A stretch of DNA of 64,000 nt, taken from NCBI GenBank assembly GCA_963843275.1, contig CAWJJM010000012.1:623753-687752 (forward strand). Reading direction: 5' to 3'. The notes under the pieces were generated by a model. That model did no database searches. It saw nothing but the letters and a program-made list of their open reading frames with translations, and was not told where the DNA came from. This DNA is from an uncultured Acidobacteriota bacterium (GTDB lineage Bacteria; Acidobacteriota; Thermoanaerobaculia; Multivoradales; JBCCEF01). Of the stretch, positions 48,701 to 57,770 are shown piece after piece. Both the position numbers and the translations under genes were made by a program. Position 1 is the stretch's first letter. The number at the start of each line of letters is the position of its first letter.

Positions 48701-50512
48701 GGCGTGCCGGCCGAGCGCCCAGCCGGCGATGGGGAAGCCGCTGAGGCCACCGCGCTCCCCGGTCTGCGGCTGGTCCACGGAGGCTCCCCACAGGAGGCCC
48801 TCGGTGCGCGGCGGGTGCACGACCTCGAGGATCTCGACCAGCGACAGGGCGAAGCTGCCGGACACGCCGCCGGGGCTGCGGACAGCCCGGCGGGCGCCTG
48901 CGAGCGCGGCATAGACGGCACCGGCGCGGCCCCCGACGCCGCGCTCGGCGATCCGGTCGAGCGATCCGGCCTCGGCCCGGTCGGCGCCGGGGCCCAGCCG
49001 CTCGAGGACCACCAGGCGGCCCGCCCGCGCCAGCTCCCGGTAGCCTCCCGACGCCAGCCGCTGGTCGATCACCGCCCCCACCCCCGGGAAGTCGGGGTGG
49101 TAGTCGTCGAAGGCCACCAGGGCCCCCGGCGCCAGCCAGGGCTCGAAGTGCTCCAGGTCGCGGCGCACGTTGCCCTCGTCGTGCAGTCCGTCGAGGAACA
49201 GCAGCCCGACCGGGCGCTGCCAGGGCACCTCGTAGGAGCGCCCCACGACCACCTCGACCGCGTCGGTGAGGCCGGCGTCGGCGAGGTTCCGCCGCAGGGC
49301 GTCGAGGGTGGGGGCGCGGCGGATCACCTCGTCGCCGTAGGACAGCTCCCCCTCGTGCGGGTCGATCGCCACCACGGGGGCGGTCGCCCCGGCGGCGCGC
49401 GCCATCGCCGCGAGCGCCACCGTCGAGCGTCCGCAGTAGCTGCCGACCTCGACCAGGGCCGGACCGCCGGGCGCGGCGGCCGCCACCAGCGCCGCCTGCA
49501 TCAGGAGCGTCGCCTCCGGCTCCTCCAGGAAGCCCTCGATCCCCTCGATCCGCTCGAGGAGCCCGCGGACGAGCTCGTCCGGCTTCTCCTCGGCGCGCGG
49601 CGCGCCGGCGCCGCCGGGGAGCGCCACGCGGGCGCCCCGCCGCGACGCCTCGATCCAGGGGCGGGCGAGATCGGCGAGGGTGGTGTCGACCACCAGGGGG
49701 TGCAGCCGTTCACCGAGGTCCAGCCGGTCGTCCGCGTAGCTGTTGGCGCGCCACTCCGCGTCGAGCCGCGCGGCGGCGAGCATCCGGTGCCAGCGCAGGA
49801 AGTGCCAGTCGTGGCGCTGCTCGACGGGCAGCTCTTCGACGCGGGCGCCGAAGTCCGCCGCCTTGGCGAGCAGCTCGGCGTGGGAACGCAGCGGGGCGTG
49901 CAGGCAGCGGATCTCCGCGGTGGGCTCGATCGGCCCCTCCACGCCTGCGACCTCGTGGTTGCCCTTGTGGATGACCAGGTCGCGTCCCGCGCGGCAGACG
50001 TGCTTGGGTGCGTAGACGTGCTCGACGAAGGCGATCTCGCCGGACTCGACCAGCTCGCGGGCCGTCTCCCGGGTGCCGCGCGGGTGGGGTGGGCGGCGCG
50101 TCATGTGGAGCAGGGCGTCGGGCGTGGTCTCGAGCTGCTCGCGGCGCTGGACGAAGTTGACGACCTCGACGCGCAGCGCGCCGGCGGTGGTCGCGGCGAG
50201 GACCCGCCGCAGGTCGCCGCCCGGAGCGTGCCAGAGCTCGTCGGCGTCGACCGGCAGCACCCAGTCGGCGCCGCGCCGCCGTGCCTCGGCGGCCAGCTCC
50301 GTGGTGATCTGCGGCTGCAGATAGGCGCCCGGTTCGCGCGTCCACAGCACCCGGGAGTCGGAGGCGAGGCGGCGCAGCACCCGCGGCGTCTCGTCGTCCG
50401 ATCCGTTGTCGACCACCAGCAGCCGGTCGAGCCCCAGGGCCAGGTGGTGGCGCACGGTCACCGGCACCAGGTCGGCGGCGTTGCGCACCAGCATCAGGCC
50501 GAAGACGTTCAT
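45791..50512 (-). CDS. 1573-aa multidomain polysaccharide-modifying enzyme: GT2-like, class I SAM methyltransferase, GT-A domain, classical GT2
   Basis: The real start ATG 50512 (MNVFGLMLVRNAADLV...) overlaps the upstream stop (ATGA). Domain motifs: LLVVDNGSDDET/PVDADE; LVEVGSYCGRST..LFLDGLHDE..AFDDY; ATIAARNYLAQARV..VVYLDPDVLV; VSVVIPCFEQARFL..VVDDGSSD..FLDADD. The 2080-aa ORF in the track is an upstream read-through. Confidence 0.85.
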   Translation of the reverse strand: MNVFGLMLVRNAADLVPVTVRHHLALGLDRLLVVDNGSDDETPRVLRRLASDSRVLWTREPGAYLQPQITTELAAEARRRGADWVLPVDADELWHAPGGDLRRVLAATTAGALRVEVVNFVQRREQLETTPDALLHMTRRPPHPRGTRETARELVESGEIAFVEHVYAPKHVCRAGRDLVIHKGNHEVAGVEGPIEPTAEIRCLHAPLRSHAELLAKAADFGARVEELPVEQRHDWHFLRWHRMLAAARLDAEWRANSYADDRLDLGERLHPLVVDTTLADLARPWIEASRRGARVALPGGAGAPRAEEKPDELVRGLLERIEGIEGFLEEPEATLLMQAALVAAAAPGGPALVEVGSYCGRSTVALAAMARAAGATAPVVAIDPHEGELSYGDEVIRRAPTLDALRRNLADAGLTDAVEVVVGRSYEVPWQRPVGLLFLDGLHDEGNVRRDLEHFEPWLAPGALVAFDDYHPDFPGVGAVIDQRLASGGYRELARAGRLVVLERLGPGADRAEAGSLDRIAERGVGGRAGAVYAALAGARRAVRSPGGVSGSFALSLVEILEVVHPPRTEGLLWGASVDQPQTGERGGLSGFPIAGWALGRHAAVERIEIVVGGRVRERLRPDHPRPDVAAAFPSVPGAAVSGFQARVAVAGEGDLDILVRAVLADGLQVPIAILRARQGDRRPGPLPAPSGRPARPSDPRRWTLSLDARELESLLAGRAARARRARVARRSPAVATIAARNYLAQARVALRSYLDHHPDGRGYVLVLDGLPPGVEPGIDRVHVVPPEEIAALGDPGFRFKYGVTELATAVKPALLSLLLHHYGEEEVVYLDPDVLVLRRFDEIRAPLSDGGFVLTPQLLAPLPMDGLSPNETDLLIGGVHNLGFLAVRRGHEVDAMLGWWGERLRDGCRDNPMQGLFVDQKWMDLAPSYFASAVLLRDPTYNVAQWNLGERKVERIGERWAVAGRPIAFFHFSTLDPVEGAFRPRDQNRTSIEPGTPLDDLVADYRARLGAAGLEECRTWEYGYGRFSDGRRVPDLLRGVYLRLDEARRADFADPFRSGESSFVEWACTRDLSAGGLSPLLDALYEARPDARAVFPDPRGVHRRAFVRWARTSAAGEMGFDPSLVPGGEPRFAAGPELDARHRVLEVLEVEVLPLDSAALAGRSLDLPRVGDRHDSRVLDIEGWVVGRDVPATAVEVCHRGRVVARSAIGIARPDVAAALGSAAAGSGFGLVVRTAGLDDLQLEVRAVLADQRRPPLAKVRAARRWVGSGAARAPLVSVVIPCFEQARFLADALDSVVEQTYPHLEIVVVDDGSSDRTSEVAAQIPGVRCVRQDNAGLAAARNAGIRHSNGDLLIFLDADDLLLPDAVETALEALAASPQCGLVTGHARLVGITGAPSRHRGPECPAEPSYAALLRGWCPQMPAVVAFRRAALEQVGVFDSTWDACADYEMYLRVARVAPVCCHHGVVAEYRRHGGNMTRDPALMLRSVLAVLTAQRDRLRGPEERADLEAGRRFWQEHFGPHLADEVGRRVRHGELRGALDALRTLLRHDRRRLGRALAAASGRTPPPPE

Positions 50513-52433
50513 CCGGGGAGTCCCTCGAGCCGCAGCGTGGCCCAGGGACGGGTCGGACCCTCCCCGCACGCCAGGCGGGCCGTCAGGGTCGTGGGGGCGA
50601 GCGGCCCGAGATCGACCGTCAGCTCGAAGCCGCCGCCGGCGGCGGCCTCGGCGTCCGGATGGGCGGCGAGGACGTCGGGGCGGTGGAGGAGGAGGCGGGC
50701 GCGGCGGGTGACCAGCCGCTCGCCCTCCACCTCGACGGCCACGACCGGCCGCCGGAGCCCCACCGCCCAGCCGGCGAGGCGGGCGGCCCGCCGGTGCAGG
50801 ATCCCCGCCGCGGGGAGGTCGAGACCGGCGACGAATCCGTCGCCGCCGCCGGCCGTCTCCACCGCGGCCACCCGCACCAGGTCGGCCGCCGTGCCGGTGA
50901 CGCCGCCGGCGGGCGGCAGCCGGAGAGCCGCCGAGGTCCGTTCCCCGTCGGTCAGGTGCAGGCGCGCGGCGGGCCGACGGGTCCGCACGGCCACGGTGGC
51001 GAGGAGATGGCGGGAGGTGACGTAGCGGGTGACCACGGGCTCCCCGTCGACCACCGCGAGCGTGCCGCGGGTGGCGCCGCGCGCCGCGATCGTCAGCTCG
51101 CGCCGGCCCGCGACCGGCGGGCCCGCGAAGCAGCCGAGAAGCTCCAGGGCCGGCTCGGACGGACCGGCCTCGTCCGCGCCGGCGCTGCCTTCTCCGGCCA
51201 GCGCGGCGCGCAGCCGGCGGCCGACGGCCTCGGTCCCCAGCTCCTCGGCGCGGCGCCGGGCGCGGCGCCTCAGCTCGTCCGTCCGCACCGGGTCGTCGAG
51301 CAGGTTCCCGAGCGCCGCAGCGAGAGCTCCGGGTCGGCGGGGGCCACCACCTCGCCGCCGTCCGCCTCGCCTCCGGGCAGCAGGTCGGGGACGCCGTGCG
51401 CTGCGGCCGCCACCACCGCGAGGCCGCAGGCCATCGCCTCGAGCGGCGCCACCGGGACACCCTCGTAGCGCGAGGGGAAGACGTAGACGTCGGCGGCGCG
51501 CAGGCGATCGCCCAGGTCGACCCGGTCGTGCACGAAGCGGTCGACCCAGGTGAGCCCGCGCACCGGGGCGGTGCGCAGGTGACGCCGGAGGTGCGCGGCG
51601 TCGGGGCCGTCGCCGACCAGCAACAGGCGGAGGTCCCGTCCCGGCCGCTCGGCCACGATGCGGTCCCAGGCTCCCAACAGGAGGTCGAGGCCCTTCTTGG
51701 CGACGTCGATCCGCCCGTGCCAGACGGCGACGCGGGCGTCGGGCGGGATCCCCAGGCGCTGGCGGGCGGCCGGCCGGCCGCCCGGCGTCCAGACGGCGAG
51801 ATCCACCGGGTTGCCGACGTGGACGACCCGCCCGGCGGGGATCGCCGCGCGCACCCGCAGGCGCCGACCCTCGTCGCGGCAGCCGCAGAGGAAGCCCCGC
51901 GCGAGGCGGAGGGTGACCGGGCGCAGGCGCCGCTCGAGACCCTCCAGCGGACGGTCGCCGCCGCCCTGGAAGCTGCTGAACACCGGGATTCCCAGCAGCC
52001 GACCGAGCAGGACGGAGCCGTCGAAGCGGGCATCGTCGTGCGACTGGCAGATCAGGGCGCGGCAGCGCTCGCGGCGCAGCTCGCGGGCCAGCCGCAGCCA
52101 GGGGGTGGCGAGCCAGGGGGCCGCCCGCCGCGCCAGGCCGCCGCGCCCCGCGCCGGCGGCGGCCGACCGCCGGCGGGCCGCCCGGTAGGCGCGCGACGCC
52201 GGCAGCAGGCAGACCGAGCAGCCGGTGGGCAGGTGGGTGAACCGGACCGGCCGCCGGCAGGAGGCCGGGAGCACGACGTGGACGGAACAGCCGGCCCGCC
52301 CGAGGGCGCTCGTGTAGCCGAAGATCCAGGAGCCGACGAAACGGTGGCGCAGGTCGTCCAGCGAAACCCCGAGCGGGTCGAGGAAGTCCTCGTCGAACAG
52401 GCTCCCCCAGGCGAGCAGTGCGACGCGGGTCAC
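50509..52433 (-). CDS. GT4-family glycosyltransferase with about 250-aa C-terminal extension; one frameshift near 51320-51330
   Basis: GTG 52433. The GT-B C-terminal motifs FPSRYEGVPVAPLEAMACGLAVV are in ORF 51270..52433. Adding one base near 51325 restores PADPEALAAALGNLLDDPVRTDELRRRARRRAEELG. The reading then continues into ORF 50509..51288. Confidence 0.75.
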
Positions 52434-52504
52434 GGCCGCAGGGCCGGCCGGGCCGTGCTCTGGGTCGGGGTCGTCGGCACCGTGCGGATTCCGCGATCGG
52501 GAAA

Positions 52505-52581
52505 TGGTCGGGGCGAGAGGATTTGAACCTCCGGCCTCACGGTCCCGAACCGTGCGCTCTACCAGGCTGAGCTACGCCCCG
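52505..52581 (-). tRNA. tRNA-Pro: tRNA-Pro (anticodon CGG), 77 nt with encoded CCA
   Basis: The reverse complement is CGGGGCG-TA-GCTC-AGCCTGGTA-GAGC-G-CACGG-TTCGGGA-CCGTG-AGGCC-GGAGG-TTCAAAT-CCTCT-CGCCCCG-A-CCA. It folds as a full cloverleaf with anticodon loop TT-CGG-GA. Confidence 0.95.
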
Positions 52582-52780
52582 TCTCCGATCGCGCGGCGTG
52601 GGCCAGGACCGGCGGCCACGCCGAGAGGAAGCGGAAGGATACCGCCCTTGTCGAACGACGGTCAACCGGCCGTGTCCGGCCCGGCACCGTCCTTGCGAGC
52701 CAGCAGAGCGATCACCTATCCTACGGCGGTTTCCGCCGTGGACCCAGGCCCACGTCCGAACTCCCGACCACGGAGCCCGC

Positions 52781-54322
<1,542 letters not shown>

Positions 54323-54354
54323 GCGGGCCGGACGAGGTCGCGGCCAGCGGCCCC

Positions 54355-55659
54355 CTAACGACGCGGCGCCGAGGTCCGGGACCCCTCGGGATCTCGGGCA
54401 GCCCACCCGGCGGGGCCGGGCGCGGTTCCCGCCGGGCTTTCTGCGGGCCCGGGCGCGCGGCGGGCGGTGTCGGTCCGATCGAGCTCCTGCAAGAGGGCGC
54501 CGTAGGCTGTGAGCGAGCTCGGGGCTCCTCGATGTGTGACTCCGACCCGCCGGGCCCGCCTCCCGGATCGGAGACGCCAGTCGACGTCGTCCAGCATGCG
54601 TTCGACGGCTGCGGTGAGACCGCTCACGTCGCCGGGCTCGACCACGATGCCGACGTCCCTCTCCTCGATCATGCGGGCGATCTCACCGCTCCTTCGTCCG
54701 ACGTAGAGCAGCGGCCGCCCCGCAGCCAGGGCGCTGTAGGCCTTGCTGGGAACCACCAGGCCCTCCATCCCGGTGCGGAGGCTCACGAAGTGCGCGTCGC
54801 CGAGACCGAGCACCTCCGACAACCGCTCGCGGGGCTGATGGGGGAGCAGGACCAGGTTGTCGAGGCCCAGGCGACCGGCGGCCAGCCGCACCTCCGGCAA
54901 ACGCGCACCGCTGCCGGCGACGACGAAGACCACGTCGCGGCGCCCACGCAGCCGGTCGGCGACCGCCAGCAGCTCGTCGAAGGTGTGCACGCGCCCGACG
55001 TTGCCCGCGTAGAGGAGGACCTTCTTGGTTTCGAGACCGAGCTGGATGCGCAAGGGGTTGTCGCCGGGCGGCGGCGGTCGGATCCCGTCGCAGTCCGCCC
55101 AGTTGGGGATCAACACGATCCGGTCGGGGGCGACGCCCAACGCGGCCACGCGCTCCGCCATGCAACGGCCGATGACGACCACTCGCTCGGCACCCTGGAG
55201 GGTTCTCGTCGAGAGCGCGGCCGCCGCCCTGGCGAGGGAACCGTCGCCGTCCAGGGCACCGACGGCCGTGGCGATCCACGGATAGAGGTCCATGACGATC
55301 TGCACGTAGGGCTGTCCGCGGAGGCGCTCGAGCGCCCGGCCCCACGCCGCAAACAGCGGGGGCTGGGTGAGGAAGACGTTGCAGTCGACGGCCGGAGCGA
55401 CGGAGGAGAAGGCCGCTGCGGCGAGCGCGTAACTCGCATAGAAGGCCAGCCTTCCGCTGCGACTCTGCGGATCGCTGCCGCTCCAGGTGGGGAGGCGGTG
55501 GAAGTGCCGGTCGGCCGGGGAGCCTGCGTCGTCTCCCGGGCGGTATCGCTGCCGCGCGACCAGGGCCTCGACCTCGTGGCCCTGCTCCACCAGGAACGGC
55601 AGGAGCTGCCGGTAGAGGGAGTTGACGGTCTCGAAGGAGTTGAAGAAGCGCAGCTTCAT
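54355..55659 (-). CDS. GT4-family (GT-B fold) glycosyltransferase
   Basis: ATG 55659 (MKLRFFNSFETVNSLY...). The C-terminal half carries VLLYAGNVGRVHTFDELL, VVAGSGARL and EGLVVPSKAYSALAAGRPLLYVG. Confidence 0.85.
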   Translation of the reverse strand: MKLRFFNSFETVNSLYRQLLPFLVEQGHEVEALVARQRYRPGDDAGSPADRHFHRLPTWSGSDPQSRSGRLAFYASYALAAAAFSSVAPAVDCNVFLTQPPLFAAWGRALERLRGQPYVQIVMDLYPWIATAVGALDGDGSLARAAAALSTRTLQGAERVVVIGRCMAERVAALGVAPDRIVLIPNWADCDGIRPPPPGDNPLRIQLGLETKKVLLYAGNVGRVHTFDELLAVADRLRGRRDVVFVVAGSGARLPEVRLAAGRLGLDNLVLLPHQPRERLSEVLGLGDAHFVSLRTGMEGLVVPSKAYSALAAGRPLLYVGRRSGEIARMIEERDVGIVVEPGDVSGLTAAVERMLDDVDWRLRSGRRARRVGVTHRGAPSSLTAYGALLQELDRTDTARRAPGPAESPAGTAPGPAGWAARDPEGSRTSAPRR

Positions 55660-56119
55660 GCACCGACTTCCGGCGGACGGTGTCGCGGCGATCGGACCCC
55701 CTCGATCGGGAGCTCGGGGATCGGCGACCCCTCGCGAGTCGCAGCAGCAGCCCGGCGGCACGGCGATCCTAGTCCCTGCCCGCCGGCGGGTCCAGAAGCC
55801 GGTCGCCGCGCCCGTCCCGCCGGGGGGCCGCCCAGCGGCTCCCTGCGCTACACTGCCCGGAACATGGCCACAGCGCCTTTTCCACCCGTGCCCCGGCGCG
55901 GCGACCGGTGGCGTCCCGGCGCCACGACCGGATCGGAAAGCCCATGGTTCACGGGATGAAGAGGCCCGGGGAGGCCTCGGCAGGAGCCGCTACCCGGCCG
56001 GTGGGGCGGGCGGGAGCGACCGTGAGCTGCGGACCCGGTGCCGCGACCGGTGACCGCCCGACGTCCCTTCGCCATGCCGGACCGGGCTGAGCGTCGGCGA
56101 GCCCTGGTTCCGGCTGCCG

Positions 56120-57688
56120 ATGCGGCACGACGTGGAGAGCGGCGATGGCTCCGAGGTGAGCGGCAGGCACGCTCCGCCGGTCTCGACCGTCCGCTTGGTG
56201 CGCAACAGCGCCCTGATCGTGTTGGCGCGACTGGTGGGCGTGCTCGTGATGGTCGCGGCGGTTCCTTTCGTGGTCGGCGCGATCGGCACCGAGGGCTATG
56301 GCGTCTGGGAGTCCTTCCTGGCGGTCTCCGGCTTCGCCCTCGTGTTCCAGGCGGCGGTCAGCGGCACCGTCGTGTGGCGCGTCGCGATGAGCTACGGGGC
56401 GTCGGATCCGGTCGAGACGCGCCGCGTCGTCAGGCTCGGAATCGGCGGCACCACGGGCCTCCTGGTGATCTGCCTCCCCGCCGTCTGGATCTTCCGCGGC
56501 GAGCTCCTCGGTCTGCTCCGGGTCCCCGGGCCGTGGGGGCAAGGGGCCGGCTGGTTGCTGCCTTCGATCGTCGGCGTAGCGCTGCTGACCGGCGTCAACG
56601 AGTCGTTGCGGGCGGTGCTGATCGGCTACCAACGCGCGGGGGTGGCCGCCCTCATCGAGGCCGCCGGACTGGTCCTCACCCATGGCGGCGCGGTGGCCTT
56701 CCTGATGGCCGGCCACGGGTTGGAGGCCCTGCTCTACGGGTACGCGGCCGGGTTCGGCGGGCAGTTCGTCCTGTTGTATCCGTTGGCCTCCTCGCTCTGC
56801 GGTCGTTTCTCACCCATGCCGCTGGCGCCGACGCGACAGGACCTCAAGGTGCTGGGTCCCTTCGCCGGCCTCGTCCTCGTCAGCGGTCTGACCGGCCTGC
56901 TGCGCGACCAGACCGACAAGCTCGTGCTGGCGTCTCTCGACTCCCCGTCGGCGACGGCCTTCTTCGGGATGGCCCAACGCCTCGCCTCCGTGGTCATGCA
57001 GACGTTCCTCGTCGTCCGCATTCCCTTCGGCGCCGCCATCGGGGCCCTCTACGCGCGGCACGACTGGGCCGGCATCCGCGACCTCTACGCGTCCGTGGGG
57101 GCCTGGATCGCTTTCCTCGCGGGGCTCGCCGGTTTCCTGGTCTCCACGCTGAGAAGCCCCCTGCTCGTGGCCTGGCTCGGCCGCGACTATCCCGAGGTGC
57201 ACGTCTTCCTGGCCCTGCAGTTGATCGGCGTCGTCTCCGCGGTGATCTTCTCCGGGGCGGCGACCGCGCTGGTCAAGGGGGTGGGGCGACCCGGCCTGGA
57301 GACGGCGTACACGCTCCTCACCCTGGCGCTCACGGTGATCTCCAAGCCTCTGTTCATCCACTGGTTCGGCGGCGTGGGCTCGGTGGCGTCGTCGGCGGCC
57401 TCGTGGGCGCCGGGCGCCCTGTTCCTCATGGTCCTCGCACACCGCAGGCTCGACCTCGGCGGGAGGATGATCTGGCGCCACCTCGGCGTCTATGCCGCGA
57501 CGGTCGGACTCGCCGCCCTGGGTTGGCTCGGCACTTCGTCGCTGTCGCCCACGGGGCGCCTGCAGGCGACTCTCCTCCTCGTCGGCCTGGGACCGCTCCT
57601 GGCGCTCGTGTATCTCGGGGTCCTGGGCCTGCTCGGGCTCGCTCCGCCGTTCCGGTGGCGGCGCCCGACGTCCGCGGGGCAGCGGTGA
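56120..57688 (+). CDS. wzx: Wzx-type polysaccharide flippase (MOP superfamily)
   Basis: The 522-aa product has about 12-14 predicted TM helices. The N-terminal LVRNSALIVLARLVGVLVMVAAVPFVVGAIGTEGYGVW is typical of polysaccharide biosynthesis (PST) proteins. Confidence 0.8.
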   Translation: MRHDVESGDGSEVSGRHAPPVSTVRLVRNSALIVLARLVGVLVMVAAVPFVVGAIGTEGYGVWESFLAVSGFALVFQAAVSGTVVWRVAMSYGASDPVETRRVVRLGIGGTTGLLVICLPAVWIFRGELLGLLRVPGPWGQGAGWLLPSIVGVALLTGVNESLRAVLIGYQRAGVAALIEAAGLVLTHGGAVAFLMAGHGLEALLYGYAAGFGGQFVLLYPLASSLCGRFSPMPLAPTRQDLKVLGPFAGLVLVSGLTGLLRDQTDKLVLASLDSPSATAFFGMAQRLASVVMQTFLVVRIPFGAAIGALYARHDWAGIRDLYASVGAWIAFLAGLAGFLVSTLRSPLLVAWLGRDYPEVHVFLALQLIGVVSAVIFSGAATALVKGVGRPGLETAYTLLTLALTVISKPLFIHWFGGVGSVASSAASWAPGALFLMVLAHRRLDLGGRMIWRHLGVYAATVGLAALGWLGTSSLSPTGRLQATLLLVGLGPLLALVYLGVLGLLGLAPPFRWRRPTSAGQR

Positions 57689-57770
57689 CGCGGCGAACGG
57701 CCGACGGGCCGGGGGTCGATGCTTCGAGAGGAGACTGCCGCGCCGGGTGCGGCGTGATCTCGGAGGCGAC

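Noticed and set aside
45599-51025. A 1808-aa plus-strand ORF, and similar giants in the track (5088..7712, 19469..22363 minus, 33373..36174 minus, 38465..41326 minus, 42836..45580, 27911..30682 upstream part).
   Set aside because: Their translations are Arg/Gly/Pro/Ala-rich and low in complexity. They run antisense to, or out of frame with, genes that have clear domain signatures. Long stop-free shadow frames are expected at this GC content.
50513-52033. The N-terminal 507 aa of ORF 45791..52033, which would make a single 2080-aa protein.
   Set aside because: This part is low-complexity and out of frame relative to the recognisable GT4 gene occupying the same DNA. A proper ATG at 50512, with an ATGA overlap to the upstream stop, begins the domain-bearing protein.
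52434-52780. A genomic island or integrative element at tRNA-Pro.
   Set aside because: There is no integrase, excisionase or recognisable repeat of the tRNA 3-prime end in the window. The flanks encode ordinary transporter and glycosyltransferase genes.
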